From Proteobacteria bacterium UBA2136 (lineage in GTDB: Bacteria; Pseudomonadota; Alphaproteobacteria; UBA2136), in the NCBI GenBank assembly GCA_002328405.1, contig DCXM01000006.1, positions 711,837 to 775,836 on the forward strand: DNA of 64,000 bases, written 5' to 3'. The notes beneath the pieces are model-generated. The model was not told the origin of the DNA, did no database searches, and worked only from the letters and a program-made list of their open reading frames with translations. Positions 55,992 through 64,000 of this stretch are shown here, in pieces; position 1 is the first letter of the stretch, and each line of letters starts with the position of its first letter. Made by a program: the position numbers and the translations under genes.

Positions 55992-56228
55992 CTACGGTGT
56001 GTAGGAGCCTTTGTTAATGTCGTTTTTCAGTTTTAGTTTGTCCTTCCGGCGGTTGGACTTTTTGTTTTTATCCCGTTCGCCGTGAACACCAGCTTGTTTC
56101 ATCATCTCTGGGTCAACGTAAGCCATGTTGCGGTGCGGCGTGTTGCCACTTACAGCTTCTTGAATGCGCTTTTGTTTTCGGCGTTCAAGTGCTTTTGCAC
56201 TGCGTCGCTTGTTTTTCTTTCGAGCCAT
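55992..56228 (-). CDS. Small highly basic protein (78 aa); weak ArfA-like features
   Basis: MARKKNKRRSAKALERRKQKR ... VDPEMMKQ ... KNKKSNRRKDK ... KGSY. The stop codon sits in the 3' arm of the terminator hairpin at 55982-56008. Confidence 0.5.
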   Translation of the reverse strand: MARKKNKRRSAKALERRKQKRIQEAVSGNTPHRNMAYVDPEMMKQAGVHGERDKNKKSNRRKDKLKLKNDINKGSYTP

Positions 56229-56408
56229 AAGCCCTCCAGTTCAGTGGTTGTGAAAAAAGGTGAAAGATGTTGTTTGACAAAAAGAATGTGTGGGGTGGCC
56301 ATCCTTGCTTTTCAAGCGTGCTTGCATAAAATTATGGCAGAATATGCAAAACGGTGCGACTTTTGCTTGAAAGCGCAGCAAGCCCGTGGTAAACATTAAA
56401 CATCTTAT

Positions 56409-56482
56409 GCGGGATTAGCATAGTGGTAATGCTCTAGCCTTCCAAGCTAGCTAGAGGGGTTCGATTCCCCTATCCCGCTCCA
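56409..56482 (+). tRNA. tRNA-Gly (anticodon UCC), CCA encoded
   Basis: Hand-folded cloverleaf: acceptor GCGGGAT/ATCCCGC, D stem GCAT/ATGC, anticodon stem CTAGC/GCTAG with loop CTTCCAA, T arm AGGGG-TTCGATT-CCCCT, then TCCA. Confidence 0.9.
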
Positions 56483-56519
56483 ATTTACCCCCAGCGTTAA
56501 AAATAAGTTATGCCCTTGG

Positions 56520-56720
56520 TCAGGCTTCGCTTTGGCATGGTGTGAGAAGGGAGGGGAAGCGAAAAGAAGGTGACAGCCTTCGTGTGACCGGTTCGGTCAC
56601 GCCCCTCGTAAAAAGAGGGGTTTGACAGGAGGGCAGATAACCTGCCCGACGCAGACGACAAGCGAAAGCTTGGTCGCCCGCAAGGGTAAGCGTCAGCGCA
56701 TCATTCTCACGCACCACACC
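56520..56720 (+). ncRNA. Candidate structured RNA or cis-regulatory leader, class unknown
   Basis: Five local hairpins (56584-56600, 56602-56620, 56631-56647, 56657-56675 with a GAAA loop, 56676-56687 with a GCAA loop). They are enclosed by a possible long-range helix, GTGTGAGAA (56540-56548) with TTCTCACGC (56704-56712). The GNRA loops exist only on the + strand. Confidence 0.35.
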
Positions 56721-56807
56721 TTGATTTTTCATTGATGACGGGTGTAACATGTTGCGTGGTTCCATAAGTAAATAGTGAAATGGTAAGAAAAAAGAAGGCC
56801 GAAGACT

Positions 56808-57512
56808 ATGATTCAAATTCGCTTGGCAGATGGCCGTGGCTTAACCCAATTGGGTTGGCTGAAAAGTCAGCACAGTTTCTCCTTTGGTGACTATTATGAC
56901 CCTGATCATAACGGTTTTGGCACTTTGCGGGTGATCAATGAAGATGTTGTTGCACCAGGGCAGGGTTTTGGCAAGCATCCACACCGCAACATGGAAATTT
57001 TGTCCATTGTGTTAAGCGGCACCCTTGAACATAAGGACAGCATGGGCAACGGCTCTCGCATTCAAGCGGGAGATGTTCAGCGGATGAGTGCTGGCACAGG
57101 GGTGACCCATAGCGAGTTTAACCCATCAGCCGATGAGGCTGTCCACTTTTTGCAGGTTTGGTTTGTGCCCAACAAGCAAGGGATGGCGCCAAGTTATGAC
57201 CAAAAGTCCTTCGATGAAAAAGGGCGGATGGGGCAATTGCAACTGATTGTGTCACCTTCAGGGCGGGACGGCTCGCTAACCATCCATCAAAATGTGGATA
57301 TTTACGCAGGAACATTGGCGCACTCCAGTCAAGGTTTTGATTATGTCACGCTTGCGGGGCGTCGGGTTTGGGTGCAGGTGGCGAAAGGGCAATGCCATAT
57401 GAATGGTCACCCCCTCAAAGCAGGGGACGGTGCGGCGGTGATGGACGAAGAACGGCTGACCTTCACAAACGGTGAAGATGCCGAGATTTACATTTTTGAC
57501 ATGGCGGCATAA
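56808..57512 (+). CDS. Pirin-family protein (cupin; YhhW-like)
   Basis: GFGKHPHRNMEILSIVLSGTLEHKDSMGN metal-binding signature; 234 aa. Confidence 0.88.
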   Translation: MIQIRLADGRGLTQLGWLKSQHSFSFGDYYDPDHNGFGTLRVINEDVVAPGQGFGKHPHRNMEILSIVLSGTLEHKDSMGNGSRIQAGDVQRMSAGTGVTHSEFNPSADEAVHFLQVWFVPNKQGMAPSYDQKSFDEKGRMGQLQLIVSPSGRDGSLTIHQNVDIYAGTLAHSSQGFDYVTLAGRRVWVQVAKGQCHMNGHPLKAGDGAAVMDEERLTFTNGEDAEIYIFDMAA

Positions 57513-57529
57513 CTGAGCACAGAAGAGTT

Positions 57530-57566
57530 AAAAAAGGCTGTCACGCTTTGGACAGCCTTATTTTTT
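57530..57566. terminator. Bidirectional terminator between pirin and the 647-aa gene
   Basis: A-run, then GGCTGTC-(8 nt)-GACAGCC, then TTATTTTTT. Confidence 0.7.
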
Positions 57567-59508
57567 ATGGGTTTTCAGACCTTTTGATTTCCAATTTAAA
57601 GGGGTAAGTGCGGGACTGTTCTTGGGTGGAATAGACCACTTTTACAAATTGAGGTGTGCCTGAAGCGTATTGCGTGATGCTGTCGCCCGATTTAGTTTTC
57701 ATGTTGGCTTTCAGCACTTGCTTTTTGCCGCTAAGCGGTAACACATTGAGAATTTGCCCCTCAGGGTCTTCTAACTTGTAAGTGAGGTTGTTGTATTCTG
57801 CCTTTTCAATATGCACCAAGGCTTTGCCCACTTTATGCGGTTTGTCGGTCGTTGCGGGTATCACATCCTCTTGAATGACATTGGCAATGCGCAGTTCTAA
57901 AATGCCGTGGACGGTTGTGGCGTCATCCGTGGTATAGCCGTCGGCCAGTCTTAGGGCTTTTTCACCTTTTACGGTGTGTTGGTATAGGGCGCTGTCCCCT
58001 TGGTAGGTCATATGGGAAGAGGCTGATAAAGCTTGGGGTTTATTGTTGCGGTCCTTCCCGCAGGTTTCTAGTTTTAAAATGTTGTTGCCTTGGCTATTTT
58101 CCACCCTTTGGATGGTAACTTTGGCGCGGGCGTTTTCGTCATTGCTGTGCATGCTGGCGGGTATGTTGGGGATGATGCCACTTTTAACATGGACAAATAA
58201 TGTGCTGTCATTTTGTTTTCTGCGATTGGAGAAGGACTGGGCTTCGGCGCCAACCAGCACTCTAAATGGGCCAAACTTTTCGCCAAGGTCTTGGCTGAAT
58301 TGGTCAATGTTGCTGGTGTCAATGTTGTCAATGTCTGCATTGTTTTGATAGTAAGGAATTTGCCTTGGGTCCGCCAATACATCTTCTTTTGGCTCGGTGG
58401 ATTCGGACTCTGATTCGGTTGTGGATTGAAACTTGAATTGGGACTGAATCAAGGTGGCAATTTGATTTTGAATGTCACTCATCTGGCTGATTTGGTCGCC
58501 AGATATTGCCATGTTGAAGGTGAGTTTGTTGCCGCTGGCGTCAAATTCCATGCTTTCAAGGATGTCCTTGTAAAACTGGATGCTTGCCGGCTCTTTGGGG
58601 AACAGTTTCACAAAGCCGTCCCTTTTTTCCTGTGCGTTGGTGGCCAGTTCTTTGGCTTGTTCGGCCGTGGTCCATGACTGAAGGTTTAACGCCACGCCAC
58701 GATCCATCAGGCTCACCTCGGCGCCAAAGTAGGTTTTGGTAAAGTCTTCGGTGGGGGCTTGCGCCAGCATCATCCGTGTCATCGGTTCTTTAATTTGTTT
58801 TTTGGCTAATTCTGGGTTGAAAATGGCGGCGGCAAACAGTTTGTTTTGGCGGTAAGTTTTCCACGGTGCGGCATGGTCACTGTTTTTTGGATTGGTCAGT
58901 TTTTTAAGCGCTTGTTTGATTTTACCTTCGGCGGTGATGATGATGTTGTCCTGTTGGATTGAAATATCCAAGTTAGGGACTTTGCCACAGGTTTCCACAT
59001 CCTCTGGTGGGGTGACACGGTAAATATGGGCATTTTTGGCAATGGCGGTGGTGAGGGCGTTTTGTTTGATGGCGCTGGCCAGTTTTTCGGGGTTAAATTG
59101 CCCAGTCAACACCAAGGTGACGTCTAAGGTGGTTCTACTTGCTTCGGTGCTGGCTGCTTCCGCCACCAACAGCAATTTTTCAGCTTGTTTGTGGATGGGT
59201 GCGCCAGCGCTGTTGAGTTTTTGTAAAAAGCCAAGGGGGTTGCCAACGGACATTTTAGGCGCTTGGCTTAAAAGGTCCCCCTCTGTTTCGGCAAGGCTTA
59301 AACTGCGTTCAATATCGGCATAAAAAACCGCCACGGTTTGTGGGGTTAGCAGTTTTTGCTCGGCAATGTCAATGGTTTCGGATGGTTTAGATGTGGTGAG
59401 GGACTGGATGTATTGATAAACAATTAGCATAGCCAACAGAGCTACCACCAGGCCTGCGGCCATTAAAAGGTGTTTTTTTGGTAATTGTTGCAAGGGTTTG
59501 ATTTGCAT
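57565..59508 (-). CDS. Large membrane-anchored protein (647 aa), unknown function
   Basis: N-terminal TM (LLMAAGLVVALLAMLIVY). The long extracytoplasmic region has an acidic Ser/Glu linker (TTESESESTEPKED). No recognisable domain. Confidence 0.6.
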   Translation of the reverse strand: MQIKPLQQLPKKHLLMAAGLVVALLAMLIVYQYIQSLTTSKPSETIDIAEQKLLTPQTVAVFYADIERSLSLAETEGDLLSQAPKMSVGNPLGFLQKLNSAGAPIHKQAEKLLLVAEAASTEASRTTLDVTLVLTGQFNPEKLASAIKQNALTTAIAKNAHIYRVTPPEDVETCGKVPNLDISIQQDNIIITAEGKIKQALKKLTNPKNSDHAAPWKTYRQNKLFAAAIFNPELAKKQIKEPMTRMMLAQAPTEDFTKTYFGAEVSLMDRGVALNLQSWTTAEQAKELATNAQEKRDGFVKLFPKEPASIQFYKDILESMEFDASGNKLTFNMAISGDQISQMSDIQNQIATLIQSQFKFQSTTESESESTEPKEDVLADPRQIPYYQNNADIDNIDTSNIDQFSQDLGEKFGPFRVLVGAEAQSFSNRRKQNDSTLFVHVKSGIIPNIPASMHSNDENARAKVTIQRVENSQGNNILKLETCGKDRNNKPQALSASSHMTYQGDSALYQHTVKGEKALRLADGYTTDDATTVHGILELRIANVIQEDVIPATTDKPHKVGKALVHIEKAEYNNLTYKLEDPEGQILNVLPLSGKKQVLKANMKTKSGDSITQYASGTPQFVKVVYSTQEQSRTYPFKLEIKRSENP

Positions 59509-59612
59509 GGGTTGTGCCAGCCTCTTTTTTTATAGGTTATATCTAAAGTTTAGCGCAGGCTCCACCAAAAGTGAAGCCCTAACAAAGTTGTTAAAGTGGT
59601 GGCGTGGGTTTT

Positions 59613-61028
59613 TTAAATCACACGAATCATGTTGGTGGTGCCGGCCACGCCAAAGGGAAGGCCAGCGGTCAGCACAATCGGTGCGTCCACCTGTTCAAGT
59701 TTGGCGTCTTTAACCGCGCTGAGTGCAAGGTCGCTCAAGCTTTCTTGGCTGGTGGGGTTGGGTTTGATTTGACAGTTTAAGCCCCAAGCCAAGTTGATAC
59801 GGCGGGCGGTGTGAAGGTGCGGTGTCACCGCAATGATGTGGCGTCTTGGGCGCTGGCGGGACATTCGCAGTGCGGTCGATCCATATTCCGTGAAGGTCAC
59901 AATCACCTTGGCTTTCAATGCATAGGCTGTTTCCGCCGCGGCGTGGGTAATGGCGTCGCCAGTGTTGGGCATGGTGGAAACTTCACGGGCGTGGATCAAG
60001 TCATACCATGCGCTAGATTTTTCAACCCGACAAATCACATTGTGCATGGTTTGCACTGCCTTTTCGGGGAACTTGCCAGCTGCACTTTCCGCACTGAGCA
60101 TCAAGGCATCAGCGCCTTCAAAGGTGGCGTTGGCGACGTCGGAAACTTCCGCACGGGTGGGGGATGCGTTTTCAATCATGCTTTCCAGCATTTGGGTGGC
60201 CACAATCACCGGTTTGCCTTCTTGTCGGCACTTGCGGATGATTTTCTTTTGAATAGATGGCACGTCTTCAATGGGGCATTCTACGCCCAAGTCGCCCCTT
60301 GCGACCATAATGGCGTCCGACGCGTCTATGATGTTTTCAATGCGTTTTACGGCGTTGGGCATTTCAATTTTTGCGAGGACAGCGGCTTTACCATCCACCT
60401 TGGCTTTCACATCTAAGATGTCTTGTTCCTTTTGGACAAAGGAAACGGCTACCCAGTCCACGCCGTTTTCAAGGCCGAACTCAAGGTCCTGCCAGTCCTT
60501 TTCGGTGACAGAGGAAATGGGCAGGTCTACCCCAGGGAGGTTCACGCCCTTGCGGCTGGAAACAGTGCCACCTTCATACACTTTACAGGTGACTTTACGG
60601 CCCTGCTTTTCCACCACATTCATGCGGACAATGCCATCGTTGATGTACACCTTGTCGCCTTTGGTTAAAATGTCCAAAATTTCGGGGTGGGGTAGGTTAC
60701 AGCGGTTTTTGTCCCCTTCTTCAGGGTTGTCGTCAATGACAAAAAAGTCCCCTTCTTCAAGGTCGTGTTTCGCTTGGTCTTTAAATGCGCCAAGGCGAAT
60801 TTTAGGGCCTTGCAAGTCCTGCAAGATGGTGATGGGTTTTCCGTGCTTTTCTTCAAGCTTGCGGATATTTTCAATGTTGGTTTTGTGGGTGGCATAGTCC
60901 CCGTGGGAAAAGTTGAGGCGGAAAGCGTCCGCTCCGGCGATGAAAAGTTTATCCAACATTTCAAAGCTGGATGAGGCTGGGCCAATGGTGGCTAGAATTT
61001 TTGCATGACGATCTCGCAAATTTGACAC
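59613..61028 (-). CDS. pyk: Pyruvate kinase
   Basis: KILATIGPAS, RLNFSHG, MVARGDLGVE and VATQMLESM motifs; 471 aa. Confidence 0.95.
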   Translation of the reverse strand: MSNLRDRHAKILATIGPASSSFEMLDKLFIAGADAFRLNFSHGDYATHKTNIENIRKLEEKHGKPITILQDLQGPKIRLGAFKDQAKHDLEEGDFFVIDDNPEEGDKNRCNLPHPEILDILTKGDKVYINDGIVRMNVVEKQGRKVTCKVYEGGTVSSRKGVNLPGVDLPISSVTEKDWQDLEFGLENGVDWVAVSFVQKEQDILDVKAKVDGKAAVLAKIEMPNAVKRIENIIDASDAIMVARGDLGVECPIEDVPSIQKKIIRKCRQEGKPVIVATQMLESMIENASPTRAEVSDVANATFEGADALMLSAESAAGKFPEKAVQTMHNVICRVEKSSAWYDLIHAREVSTMPNTGDAITHAAAETAYALKAKVIVTFTEYGSTALRMSRQRPRRHIIAVTPHLHTARRINLAWGLNCQIKPNPTSQESLSDLALSAVKDAKLEQVDAPIVLTAGLPFGVAGTTNMIRVI

Positions 61029-61184
61029 AGGAGGTACCCTTTATTTTTTGTAATTCTTATGGTAAATGCAAAAAACGCTTAAACATTTTGGCATTCGCTT
61101 TTACACTTTAACATAGAATAGGTGTAAAAAGTTTGAAAAACAAGGCATCTACAACAAAGATTTTTTTAAATATGTGGAGAGAAT

Positions 61185-62192
61185 ATGTTAAGGCTTGCCA
61201 TTTTTTTAGTGCAAATTTGGAACTATAGATACCAAGTTTTGTTGCCGATTGTTTTATTGCCTTTGTTAGTTTTAAGCATAAGTTTGGCCTATAACCCTCT
61301 TTACGAAGCGACGACTACGGTCAGCGTGAACCGTGCAAAAGCCAGCTCTCCTGTGTTGATGAACATTTCCGACCCGAGTAATAGCCTGATTTTAGAGCGC
61401 CGCTTAAAAAGCGAGTCTGTGGTGAGGGACACCATTTTGGACACCGGCGCCGTGGTTGGTTTTGACCTGCTAGATAAAGAACAGCGCAACAAAGAACTGC
61501 GTGAGTTTACAAGCCGCATCCGCATGACCATTTTAAGCGACGATATGGTGCGCATCAATTACAAAGGTGCCAGCCCCGAAAAGGCGGAAAATGTCTTAGA
61601 AGTTTTGGTTTCCAACTTTATTGATGAAGTGCTTGCGCCCGAACGTGTCCGCGTGGGGGACCTTTTGTCTTCCCTTGGTAACCAAGTGCAACTTTATAGC
61701 GAGCAAGAAAAACGCGCGACTGAACGCTTGAATGTGATGCAAGCCAAGCTTTCCCGCACTACAGGCAAAGCCCGTGAAGCTTTGTTAAAAGAACTTGTGA
61801 ACGTGGAATTTGCAGTGCAAAAAGCGGTTGCCCAAAAGGACTTGGCGCAAAGCGAGTATGAAGAGCTGTTGTTACAGTCCCGCTCCTTGATGGGTGGCCA
61901 ATTCCACAATGAGCCAAACGCCATTTTGTGGATTGTGGATCCAGCGCTTTCTTTAAGTGCCAAGCGTGACATGAGCTATCACATCAACATTTTGTTCATT
62001 GCGCTGCAAGCGGCTTTAGTGTTGGCCTTGGTGTTGGTGCTTTACCGCAAGTTTACCGACGCAACGCTGAAAACAGAAGAAGAGATTTACGACGCTTTAG
62101 GCCTTAAAATTTTGGGTCACGTTCCCAACTTAGGCCATGTGCAAAATGAAGGTGGTAAGCTGATTATTACCACGCAATCCAAAGTTTTATAA
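61185..62192 (+). CDS. Polysaccharide chain-length determinant (Wzz/GumC-like, PCP family) protein
   Basis: N- and C-terminal TM segments flank a coiled-coil periplasmic domain. Followed by a BY-kinase-like ATPase gene. Confidence 0.65.
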   Translation: MLRLAIFLVQIWNYRYQVLLPIVLLPLLVLSISLAYNPLYEATTTVSVNRAKASSPVLMNISDPSNSLILERRLKSESVVRDTILDTGAVVGFDLLDKEQRNKELREFTSRIRMTILSDDMVRINYKGASPEKAENVLEVLVSNFIDEVLAPERVRVGDLLSSLGNQVQLYSEQEKRATERLNVMQAKLSRTTGKAREALLKELVNVEFAVQKAVAQKDLAQSEYEELLLQSRSLMGGQFHNEPNAILWIVDPALSLSAKRDMSYHINILFIALQAALVLALVLVLYRKFTDATLKTEEEIYDALGLKILGHVPNLGHVQNEGGKLIITTQSKVL

Positions 62193-62203
62193 GAGGTGAG
62201 AAG

Positions 62204-62998
62204 ATGACAGATATCAAACAAGAAGAGTTGGCATCCATTGCGAAGAAAAACCGCAAAAGCCGTGCTTCTGGCACCATGGGCACGTCCATCATTCAGCCGA
62301 CTTCCTACACCGAAGTCAGCCGTATTCACCGTGGCGCATTGTCCACCTTAAAAGGAAGTATGGTGGTGACAGCCGCCACAGCGGGCGAAGGCACAACTTT
62401 GCTGGCGCATTTAATGGCACAGCGCAGTGCCGAGGCCGGCCGCAAAACCTTGTTGGTTGACCTGAACATGCGCAACACCGAACTTTCAAACAACCTGTTG
62501 CCAGACCGTACTGCTTGGAACCTAGGCGGGCGCAACTTTGCTGAAGGTTTTGGGGACTTGATTCACCCAACGTCTGACCCGAACCTGTTTTTCATGCCTG
62601 CACCTTTAGACAGTGTCAGCGTCCAATTTTTGAAGGACATGTCCCACGCCGGTGCGTTCTTTGATGCATTGGAGAAAAGTTTTGAACACATTGTGGTGGA
62701 CACCACGCCCATTGGTTCACTGAACCGTTATAACGTAGACCCTGTGACCTTGTCCGCCGCGGCAAGACGTACGGTGCTGGTGATGATGGCCAACCGCACC
62801 CACAAGGACAAAGTGCACAAAGCAGTGAAACAGTTGCGAGAATCGGGTGCGAATGTTGAAGGCATGGTTGTGAACGACTTGGAAAACCCAAGCTTGCGCA
62901 GTCAGCTCAACAACTTTGCCGACTTCTTTAAACCGGTTGCTCCTGGTTTTACCCAATGGATGCGCCAAAAAATTGCCAAAAGTGAAAGGCTGGACTAA
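62204..62998 (+). CDS. BY-kinase-like (CpsD/MinD-fold) ATPase with degenerate Walker A
   Basis: VVTAATAGEGTTLLAHL where GEGK[ST] is expected. Walker A' LLVDLNMRN, Walker B IVVDTTPIG. No C-terminal Tyr cluster. Confidence 0.65.
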   Translation: MTDIKQEELASIAKKNRKSRASGTMGTSIIQPTSYTEVSRIHRGALSTLKGSMVVTAATAGEGTTLLAHLMAQRSAEAGRKTLLVDLNMRNTELSNNLLPDRTAWNLGGRNFAEGFGDLIHPTSDPNLFFMPAPLDSVSVQFLKDMSHAGAFFDALEKSFEHIVVDTTPIGSLNRYNVDPVTLSAAARRTVLVMMANRTHKDKVHKAVKQLRESGANVEGMVVNDLENPSLRSQLNNFADFFKPVAPGFTQWMRQKIAKSERLD

Positions 62999-63441
62999 TG
63001 CGCCTGCTTGGTGGCGTTTTGGCAGTTTTGATGCTTGGCGCTGTGGCGGTTAAGGCCGATGCGTCCAGTTACAGCCAATGCCGTGTGTTGGCGGTGGTGG
63101 AAGATGTCTATTTTAACAAAATGCACGTGCGTATTTTGCGCTTTAATGAACTGACCACCCAAAACACGGATTATAATTACCAGCAGTGTGACGGCTTGGT
63201 GGATAAAGTTGTGGCGCTGTATGAAAACGGCGATGATGCGCCAGACGAGTATTGTCATTTTAAATTCAAGGCCGATTTTCAAAGTAAAAAATGGCGCAAC
63301 CGCATCAAGGACAATATGGCCAAAGGCGACATGGTGAAGCTGGACTATATTTATTACAGTGCAATGACACCCGCAGGCCCCACCTGCATGAAAGATTGGC
63401 AATTGGTGGAGCATGTGCCGTTAAACAAACATGCCCGCTAG
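62998..63441 (+). CDS. Secreted hypothetical protein (147 aa)
   Basis: Signal peptide MRLLGGVLAVLMLGAVAVKA. The ATG overlaps the upstream stop (TAATG). Confidence 0.5.
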   Translation: MRLLGGVLAVLMLGAVAVKADASSYSQCRVLAVVEDVYFNKMHVRILRFNELTTQNTDYNYQQCDGLVDKVVALYENGDDAPDEYCHFKFKADFQSKKWRNRIKDNMAKGDMVKLDYIYYSAMTPAGPTCMKDWQLVEHVPLNKHAR

Positions 63442-63482
63442 CAAGGCTTGTATAATTTGAAAAGGTTGATATATTCAAACCC

Positions 63483-64000
63483 ATGAGCGTAAAACATGTA
63501 TTACTAGTTTGTTTGGATGAAGCGGATGGTCAAACCCTGAAAACCACAGGGCAATTGGCCTTGGCGGCTTGTGCCCAAGGTATTCAAGTTTCCATTTTAA
63601 CCAATGCGGTTGAGGGGTCGGAATTTGAGGGCATTCACAAGGACATCCAAGTGTTCCACAGTGTGGAAAGCAAATGGCCTGCCATGTTGGGTGGCAACGC
63701 TTTGGTGGCTTTGCGCCGTGCGCTTAAATCGGGCACTCAAATCAGCCATGTGCATTTTATTGGCATGAGCCTCCACACAATGGTTTTAGGTTGGGTTTGC
63801 CAACGTTACGACGTGCCGTTTTTAGCCACAGCGCTGAGTGACAGTTGCTTTGAATTGAACAAACAGCCCTTTGGCTTGCGTAAAAAATACCTCAAGCACC
63901 TTGATTATATGGATCAGATTGTCGTCAGCAATCAAATGATGTTGGAAAAAGCCAATTTGATTCACCTTGATAACATTTTGTTGATTAAAGAGGGTGTGGA
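63483..64000 (+). CDS. Probable glycosyltransferase (GT4-like N-terminal domain), 3' end outside the window
   Basis: Not in the ORF track because no stop lies in the window. Hand translation is open to nt 64000: MSVKHVLLVCLDEADGQTLKTTGQLALAACAQGIQVSILTN... Sits in an exopolysaccharide-type context. Confidence 0.45.
   Translation, partial: MSVKHVLLVCLDEADGQTLKTTGQLALAACAQGIQVSILTNAVEGSEFEGIHKDIQVFHSVESKWPAMLGGNALVALRRALKSGTQISHVHFIGMSLHTMVLGWVCQRYDVPFLATALSDSCFELNKQPFGLRKKYLKHLDYMDQIVVSNQMMLEKANLIHLDNILLIKEGV

Noticed and set aside
56483-56807. Known RNA classes for the structured spacer (two-piece tmRNA, SRP/4.5S, 6S, RNase P, common riboswitches)
   Set aside because: There is no tmRNA-type tag frame ending in AA; the only candidate frame reads ADDKRKLGRPQG. 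There is no GGAAGCAGCC SRP core, no GAGGAAAGTCC RNase P core and no single long 6S-like hairpin. I recognised no TPP, B12, FMN, glycine, ZTP or fluoride consensus. This was only an eye comparison, so the region is kept as an unclassified candidate.
56520-56816. 98-aa minus-strand ORF covering the tRNA-Gly/pirin spacer
   Set aside because: The composition is Pro/Arg/Ser/Leu-rich and implausible. Its start overlaps the pirin start codon. The frame coincides exactly with the GC-rich hairpin cluster, so the stop-free stretch is better explained by RNA structure.
59811-60897. Two ORFs of about 200 aa (+ strand) antisense to pyruvate kinase
   Set aside because: They lie entirely within pyk, which has unambiguous motifs. 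Their Gly/His/Phe-rich composition has no motifs.
62995-63414. 139-aa minus-strand ORF antisense to the secreted 147-aa gene
   Set aside because: The + strand ORF has a clear signal peptide and a coupled TAATG start in the exopolysaccharide-type operon. The antisense ORF has neither an RBS nor supporting context.
1-64000. CRISPR arrays, IS elements/transposases, prophage or integrative-element boundaries
   Set aside because: No regularly spaced direct repeats, no transposase or integrase-like ORFs, and no terminal inverted repeats were recognised. The only direct repeat found is the uvrB 3' duplication.

Overview
This 64-kb chromosomal window looks alphaproteobacterium-like. The gene orders lgt / NDUFAF7-like methyltransferase / pgeF and rpmH-rnpA-yidD-yidC-engB support that, along with a standalone alpha-type rpsD. 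GC looked moderate by eye and was not computed. The backbone is housekeeping: recJ, uvrB, uvrC, rpsD, nhaA, lgt, hldD, proC, rpmH-rnpA-yidD-yidC-engB, tyrS, pyk and tRNA-Gly(UCC). No transposase, integrase, CRISPR array or prophage module was recognised. Several lineage-specific blocks sit between the housekeeping genes. (1) A nine-gene, secretin-less type IV filament / T2SS-like operon (29.3-37.9 kb). Its pilin-like proteins carry a non-canonical leader junction, G|A[LM]FGMDARI, instead of G|FTLIE, and its prepilin peptidase has no methyltransferase domain. (2) Four paralogous secreted proteins at two loci (7.6-10.0 kb and 15.2-16.3 kb), three of which carry a C-terminal domain resembling the collagen XVIII endostatin / DUF1554 fold. 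(3) A GC-rich, hairpin-dense 0.2-0.3 kb segment between tRNA-Gly and a pirin gene that looks like an unclassified structured RNA. (4) Two PP2C-like paralogs with a GGDEF cyclase and 4-TM proteins. (5) A TetR-TlpA-MlaA-RND(MMPL)-MlaC operon. (6) An 0.84-kb ORF-free convergent gap. A recurring ATGCGTCA motif, a pair of perfect DnaA boxes, and an orphan synonymous-diverged copy of the uvrB 3' end were also seen. All family calls come from motif recognition by eye and from memory; no database search was run.
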